Source: Candidatus Latescibacterota bacterium
GTDB taxonomy: Bacteria > Latescibacterota > UBA2968 > GCA-2709665
Reading direction: 5' to 3'
Assembly (NCBI GenBank): GCA_965222075.1
Contig: OZ244937.1
Span: forward strand, 3,296,001-3,360,000
DNA length: 64,000 nt
Below, piece by piece: positions 59,528-64,000 of the stretch. The position numbers were made by a program, and so were the translations under genes. The notes under the pieces are model-generated. The model worked only from the letters and a program-made list of their open reading frames with translations, did not search any database and was not told the DNA's origin. Each line of letters begins with the position of its first letter. The first letter of the stretch is position 1.

Positions 59528-60553
59528 CTACTCATCCCATTCAAAAATCACCTTCCCCGTCTCCCCGCTATCAAAAAGCGTAAACGCTTCCCGCGCCTGC
59601 TCAATGCCAAAGCGATGTGTCACAATCTCATCCAACGGCACCTGGTGCGTCTGCAGAAACGCCACTGCATCGAAATAAGCGCCCATCGAATACACGGAAT
59701 TGCCTCTGAGCGTCAACTCCTTCCGAAGAATATCCATAAAACTGATCTCAAGCGACTCCGCGCCTGCGCCCACGTACACCACCGTCCCATGCAATCCGGC
59801 AACCGCCGCCGCCTGTGCACGCGCCACACCGCTGCCCGAGCACTCGACAACCCCGGCCGCCCCTTTTCCACCTGTCAGATCTTTGATCGCCTGAACCGGA
59901 TCGGTCTCCTTTGCATTTATTGCAGCCCCCCTGCCGATACGCTCCGCAAGAGCTATACGGTACGGATTGATATCCACCCCGAACGTCTGATATCCCATCG
60001 CCCCGCCCATCAACAGCACCGTCAGGCCGACCGGACCCAGTCCAAACACCACAAACGGTTCCCCGTGACGCCCGGGCACCTTGCTCACCGCCGAAAAGGC
60101 GGTCCCCGCAGTACACGCAAGCTGCGTTCCAACGGCAAACGAAAACTCATCAGGCAGCGGCATACAGTACCGTGCGTCCGTCACCATATAATCCGCATGG
60201 GACCCGTCACGAGTCCGGCCAAAAGCCCCTTGATCCGAACAAAACACAGGCGTTCCAGATAGACAGACCGCACAATGCCCACACCCCACCGTGTGATAAA
60301 CACAAACCCGGTCGCCCTCCGACACATTTTTCACATCCGCCCCCACCTCGGCCACAACCCCTGTCGGCTCATGCCCCGAAATCATCCCCTCCCGCTCCCG
60401 TGCCCACTCCCGGCTGCTGTGATACTTGTGCAAATCGCTCCCACAAAGCCCTGCAACCTTTATCTGAATCACCACCTGCCCGGGTCCCGGCCCAGGCTTC
60501 TGAAAATCCCGCACCTCTACTTCGCTTTCGCCGAGATAAACAACACCTTTCAT
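59528..60553 (-). CDS. zinc-binding alcohol/sugar dehydrogenase (MDR)
   Basis: GLCGSDLH, GHE, CGHC..C..C, GLGPVG, GKVIF. Confidence 0.95.
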   Translation of the reverse strand: MKGVVYLGESEVEVRDFQKPGPGPGQVVIQIKVAGLCGSDLHKYHSSREWAREREGMISGHEPTGVVAEVGADVKNVSEGDRVCVYHTVGCGHCAVCLSGTPVFCSDQGAFGRTRDGSHADYMVTDARYCMPLPDEFSFAVGTQLACTAGTAFSAVSKVPGRHGEPFVVFGLGPVGLTVLLMGGAMGYQTFGVDINPYRIALAERIGRGAAINAKETDPVQAIKDLTGGKGAAGVVECSGSGVARAQAAAVAGLHGTVVYVGAGAESLEISFMDILRKELTLRGNSVYSMGAYFDAVAFLQTHQVPLDEIVTHRFGIEQAREAFTLFDSGETGKVIFEWDE

Positions 60554-60709
60554 AACCTCATCTCCCGGTTATAAGATTGCAGAGCGGTTTGCACCGTCTC
60601 TGCGCCAGATCTTCCGCATTCATTTTGTACTCCAAGCTTCCATAAAGCGCTCCAGTCTGCAATTGAATTCTCCCGTTCGATTGCATATCTTAGAAGCCGT
60701 CTCAAAATT

Positions 60710-60901
60710 CCGGGTTCGGTGCGGGATGAAGGGGCTTTTCCGCGCGGTTCCCTCCAGCGCCTTCGCCTCGTGAATCCCCAAACGCTCGCAGGACACAAAT
60801 CACATATCGACCCCAAGGGCAATTCGCGGAAAAGCAGCAAGCGGCGCCGAGCGGCGCCCTTCTTTTTGGGCCTTTTTCTTGGGCGTGCAAGAAAAAGGCC
60901 A
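60710..60901. repeat. structured dispersed repeat, copy 2
   Basis: Aligns with 45776-46030 once the nested insertion is removed. Confidence 0.85.
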
Positions 60902-61031
60902 TCCTAAAGAAAACGGAATTTCTGCCGCAATTGAGTAGCCATAATACTGCGAAATCAGAACTCATGCAAGGAGTCATTGCACGTGAAGATCACCCCCATG
61001 TAAGAAGAAACCAACCGTACAGGAGGAACCC

Positions 61032-62762
61032 ATGCAGGAAATAGGCCTATCCGAGCCCAAATACAAAATCCAGGTGGAACGCAATGTGCCGATACGGATG
61101 CGAGACGGCACCATCCTGCGAGCGGACATCTACCGCCCGGAAACCGAAGGGAAATACCCGGTCATCGTCGAGCGGGTCGCTTATGAACTGGTCGGCCGGT
61201 GTACATCCAACGGTGAATACTTCGCCAGCCGCGGATACGTCTTTGTCGGCCAGAACGTGCGCGGCACCTTTGCCTCCGAAGGCGATTGGCGGCCCTTCCG
61301 GGACGACGGCTGGGGCGCCAACCGGGATGGCTACGACACCATCGAATGGGCCGGCGCACAGCCCTGGTCCAACGGCAATGTGGGAATGGCCGACGGCTCC
61401 TACTCTGGCTTCACACAGTACATGGTCGCCCCGACCCGGCCGCCGCACCTGAAAGCCCTCTTTGTACGGGAAGGCGGCGGAGACTATTATAGTGGATTCT
61501 GGTATCGGTACGGCGCCTATTCGCTGCCCTTCCAAAAATGGGCGATGCAGACCCTGCTGGCCCAGTTAAAACACAAAAGCGCACCTCCGGGTCTGGAGGC
61601 CGCTCGCGACCGTCTGGCTGCTGCAATGGATGAAATCGAAGACTGGGAGCGGCACCTTCCACTCAAATCCTTTCCACCTCTGGAAGGACTGCTCGACTGG
61701 TACTTTGAAGACCTGAACCACCCGGAAGACGGCGCCTACTGGTGGTCCACCAACATCGCCTCCAAATACGGCGACATAGACACGCCCATCCTGCACTTCG
61801 GCGCCTGGTTCGACGTCTTCTTAGACGGCACCTTGCAATGCTTCCAGGAAATTCGTAAACACGGACGCTCCAAAACCTGCCGGGAGGGCCAGCGCCTGCT
61901 CATCGGCCCCTGGATCCACGGCCCGGGCAACGCGGCCAAACAGGTCGTCGGCGAACTGGACTTCGGCCCAGAGGCCGCCTTCGACATGCATGCCCACCGT
62001 CTGCGCTGGTACGATCACTGGCTAAAGGGAATGGACAACGGCATGATGGATGGCTCACCGGTACGCATCTTCCTGATGGGAAAAAACCGATGGCTGGACC
62101 TGGAAGACTGGCCCCCGCCCGGCATCACCTACCGGCCTGCCTATTTCCGAGAAGGATTCGGAAAAAATCAGGCGTCGCTGAACAACGGCGGCCTGACCTT
62201 CGATTCTCCCCATACAGCCGAGCATCCCAACAGCTTTGCCTACGACCCGGAAGACCCCATGCCCGGCCTGCGCTTCTATCCCACATTAGGCCCTATGGAC
62301 CACCGGGACCTGGAAAGCCGAATGCTCACCTATACCTCGGCCGAACTGGAACAGGACCTAACCGTCATCGGCCCCGTCAAAGCCATCCTCTACGGCCTCT
62401 CCTCAGCCCCCGACACGGACTGGGTCGTCAGACTCTGCGACGTCTGGCCGGATGGTCGGTCCATGTCCGTCTGCGACGGCATCCTCCGGGCGCGGTATCG
62501 TAACTCCCTGCAACACCCCGAACTGATGACACCGGGCAAAATCTACCGGTTTGAAATAGACATGTCCGCCACCGCCCAGGTCTTCCAGGCAGGCCACCGC
62601 CTGCGCGTAGAAATCACCAGCAGCGACTTCCCCCGGTACGACCGAAACCTGAACACCGGAGGTCCCTTTGGAGAAGAAGCCATCGGACAGGTCGCCGTCA
62701 ACACCGTCTTCCACGATGCACATCGGGCGTCACACATCGTTCTACCCGTCATAGATGATTAA
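61032..62762 (+). CDS. CocE/NonD family hydrolase
   Basis: MRDG..L.ADIYRP, DGYDTIEW, GSYSG nucleophile, GPW.H, SSDFPRYDRNLN. Confidence 0.95.
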   Translation: MQEIGLSEPKYKIQVERNVPIRMRDGTILRADIYRPETEGKYPVIVERVAYELVGRCTSNGEYFASRGYVFVGQNVRGTFASEGDWRPFRDDGWGANRDGYDTIEWAGAQPWSNGNVGMADGSYSGFTQYMVAPTRPPHLKALFVREGGGDYYSGFWYRYGAYSLPFQKWAMQTLLAQLKHKSAPPGLEAARDRLAAAMDEIEDWERHLPLKSFPPLEGLLDWYFEDLNHPEDGAYWWSTNIASKYGDIDTPILHFGAWFDVFLDGTLQCFQEIRKHGRSKTCREGQRLLIGPWIHGPGNAAKQVVGELDFGPEAAFDMHAHRLRWYDHWLKGMDNGMMDGSPVRIFLMGKNRWLDLEDWPPPGITYRPAYFREGFGKNQASLNNGGLTFDSPHTAEHPNSFAYDPEDPMPGLRFYPTLGPMDHRDLESRMLTYTSAELEQDLTVIGPVKAILYGLSSAPDTDWVVRLCDVWPDGRSMSVCDGILRARYRNSLQHPELMTPGKIYRFEIDMSATAQVFQAGHRLRVEITSSDFPRYDRNLNTGGPFGEEAIGQVAVNTVFHDAHRASHIVLPVIDD

Positions 62763-62773
62763 GAACAATAAAG

Positions 62774-62845
62774 AGCCGCCCAGGGGACTCGAACCCCCAA
62801 CCTACTGATTACAAATCAGTTGCTCTACCATTGAGCTAAGGCGGC
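62774..62845 (-). tRNA. tRNA-Thr (UGU)
   Basis: GCCGCCTTAGCTCAATGGTAGAGCAACTGATT-TGT-AATCAGTAGGTTGGGGGTTCGAGTCCCCTGGGCGGCT; CCA not encoded. Confidence 0.97.
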
Positions 62846-62921
62846 TTGAAAATCAGTAATCTTAATCCACGAAAAATATGAAAGCGTGTCTTCCCGGGCA
62901 ACCGAAAAAGTTCAGGACCCT

Positions 62922-64000
62922 TTACGCCTGCACACGCTTCCAGACCGTCCCCTCCGGTGTATCCTCCAAAGCGTAGCCCAGCTTTAGGAAGTGGTCTCGG
63001 ATCTCGTCGGCCCGCGCCCAGTCCTTCTCCTTCCGGGCGGCCTCCCGCTCGGCGACCAGGGCCTGCAGCTCCTCCGGCAGGGCTTCCTCTTTCTCCTCTT
63101 CTGGAAGCGTAAAGAAAATCCCCAGCACCCGGTCAATCTCCTCCATAAACCCATCCACCAGATCCGCCCCTCTGCGGTCCACCTTCTCTTCGCCCAGAAG
63201 CCCTTCCACGGCATTGACCATGTCAAACACGGCGGCCATCGCGCGAGGGCTGTTCAGGTCGTCGTCCATATACTCGATGAATCCCTCCCGGGCCTTATCC
63301 ACCAGGGGCGCCGGGTCCTCGCCCCCCTTCGGCGCTTCCACCTCCTCCAGACGCCTCCGGAAGTTGCTCAGGCGGCGCATCGTGCGCTTCGCCGCGTCTA
63401 AGACCTCCTTTGTAAAATTGAACGCCGTCCGGTAGTGCGAGGAAACCACCAGGTACCGAAAGGCTCTGGCGTCGTCGGGCGTCTGTGCAATATCCTGCAC
63501 CGTGAGAAAATTGCCCACACTCTTGGACATCTTCGCATCGTCCACATTAATATGCGCGCCATGCAGCCAGTAGTTCACAAACCGCTTGCCGGTCACCGCC
63601 TCGCTTTGCGCGATCTCGTTCTGGTGATGTGGGAAAATGAGGTCCACCGCGCCGGCGTGAATATCAATCGTCTCCCCGAGGTATTTGATAGACATGCACG
63701 AGCACTCCATGTGCCAGCCGGGCCGTCCCCTGCCCAAATCCGTCTTCCAGAACACGTCCCCATCTTCCTCTTTCCACGCCTTCCACACCGCAAAGTCCCG
63801 TACATGCTCCTTATCGTAATCATCCGCATCCACCCCGCTGGCGCCCACCTGCATCCCTTCCACATCCAGCTGGGCCAGTTCCCCGTACGTCGGGAAACTC
63901 CTGATTGAGAAATAGACCGACCCTTCCCTCACATACGCATGCCCGTCCTCAATCATCCGGTGGATCATCTCCACGATATCGGTGATATGCTCCGTCGCTT
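62922..64000 (-). CDS. cysS: cysteine--tRNA ligase (5' part outside the window)
   Basis: GRPGWHMECS, DLIFPHHQNE, KMSKS, SSHYR, DDLN.P.A, AD.IRD. Confidence 0.98.
   Translation of the reverse strand, partial: ATEHITDIVEMIHRMIEDGHAYVREGSVYFSIRSFPTYGELAQLDVEGMQVGASGVDADDYDKEHVRDFAVWKAWKEEDGDVFWKTDLGRGRPGWHMECSCMSIKYLGETIDIHAGAVDLIFPHHQNEIAQSEAVTGKRFVNYWLHGAHINVDDAKMSKSVGNFLTVQDIAQTPDDARAFRYLVVSSHYRTAFNFTKEVLDAAKRTMRRLSNFRRRLEEVEAPKGGEDPAPLVDKAREGFIEYMDDDLNSPRAMAAVFDMVNAVEGLLGEEKVDRRGADLVDGFMEEIDRVLGIFFTLPEEEKEEALPEELQALVAEREAARKEKDWARADEIRDHFLKLGYALEDTPEGTVWKRVQA

Noticed and set aside
62774-62845. tRNA-Thr as an integration site of an island
   Set aside because: No integrase, and I saw no duplicated tRNA 3' end in the window.

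Overview
GC-rich bacterial chromosome window. The gene content (DUF6785-type membrane protein, several heparinase II/III-like lyases, many ABC-2 permeases) suggests a Latescibacterota/Poribacteria-like organism; this is inference only. The left half (2.8-29 kb) is dominated by an expanded envelope system: four tandem pairs of paralogous ABC-2-type permeases, one ABC ATPase, one membrane-anchored NEW3/Ig-like protein and two paralogous ECF sigma factors. These are accompanied by a family of tiny 'MQT(L/F)KE..R.EE' peptide genes (two intact, one truncated, one degenerate; only one is in the ORF track). This is the best candidate for an undescribed system. The rest is mainly carbohydrate/amide catabolism (four heparinase II/III-like proteins, uxuA, aldolase, dehydrogenases, amidohydrolases), a BlaI/BlaR1-TonB cassette, a MoxR-like pair, nucleotidyltransferase/TA debris, tRNA-Thr(UGU) and partial cysS. 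Non-coding highlights are a ~190-bp structured dispersed repeat (two copies) ending in an intrastrand-triplex-like motif, and tiny CCTGCCTG...CAGG palindromic elements, one nested inside another. All family assignments come from motif recognition by eye; no database searches were run.
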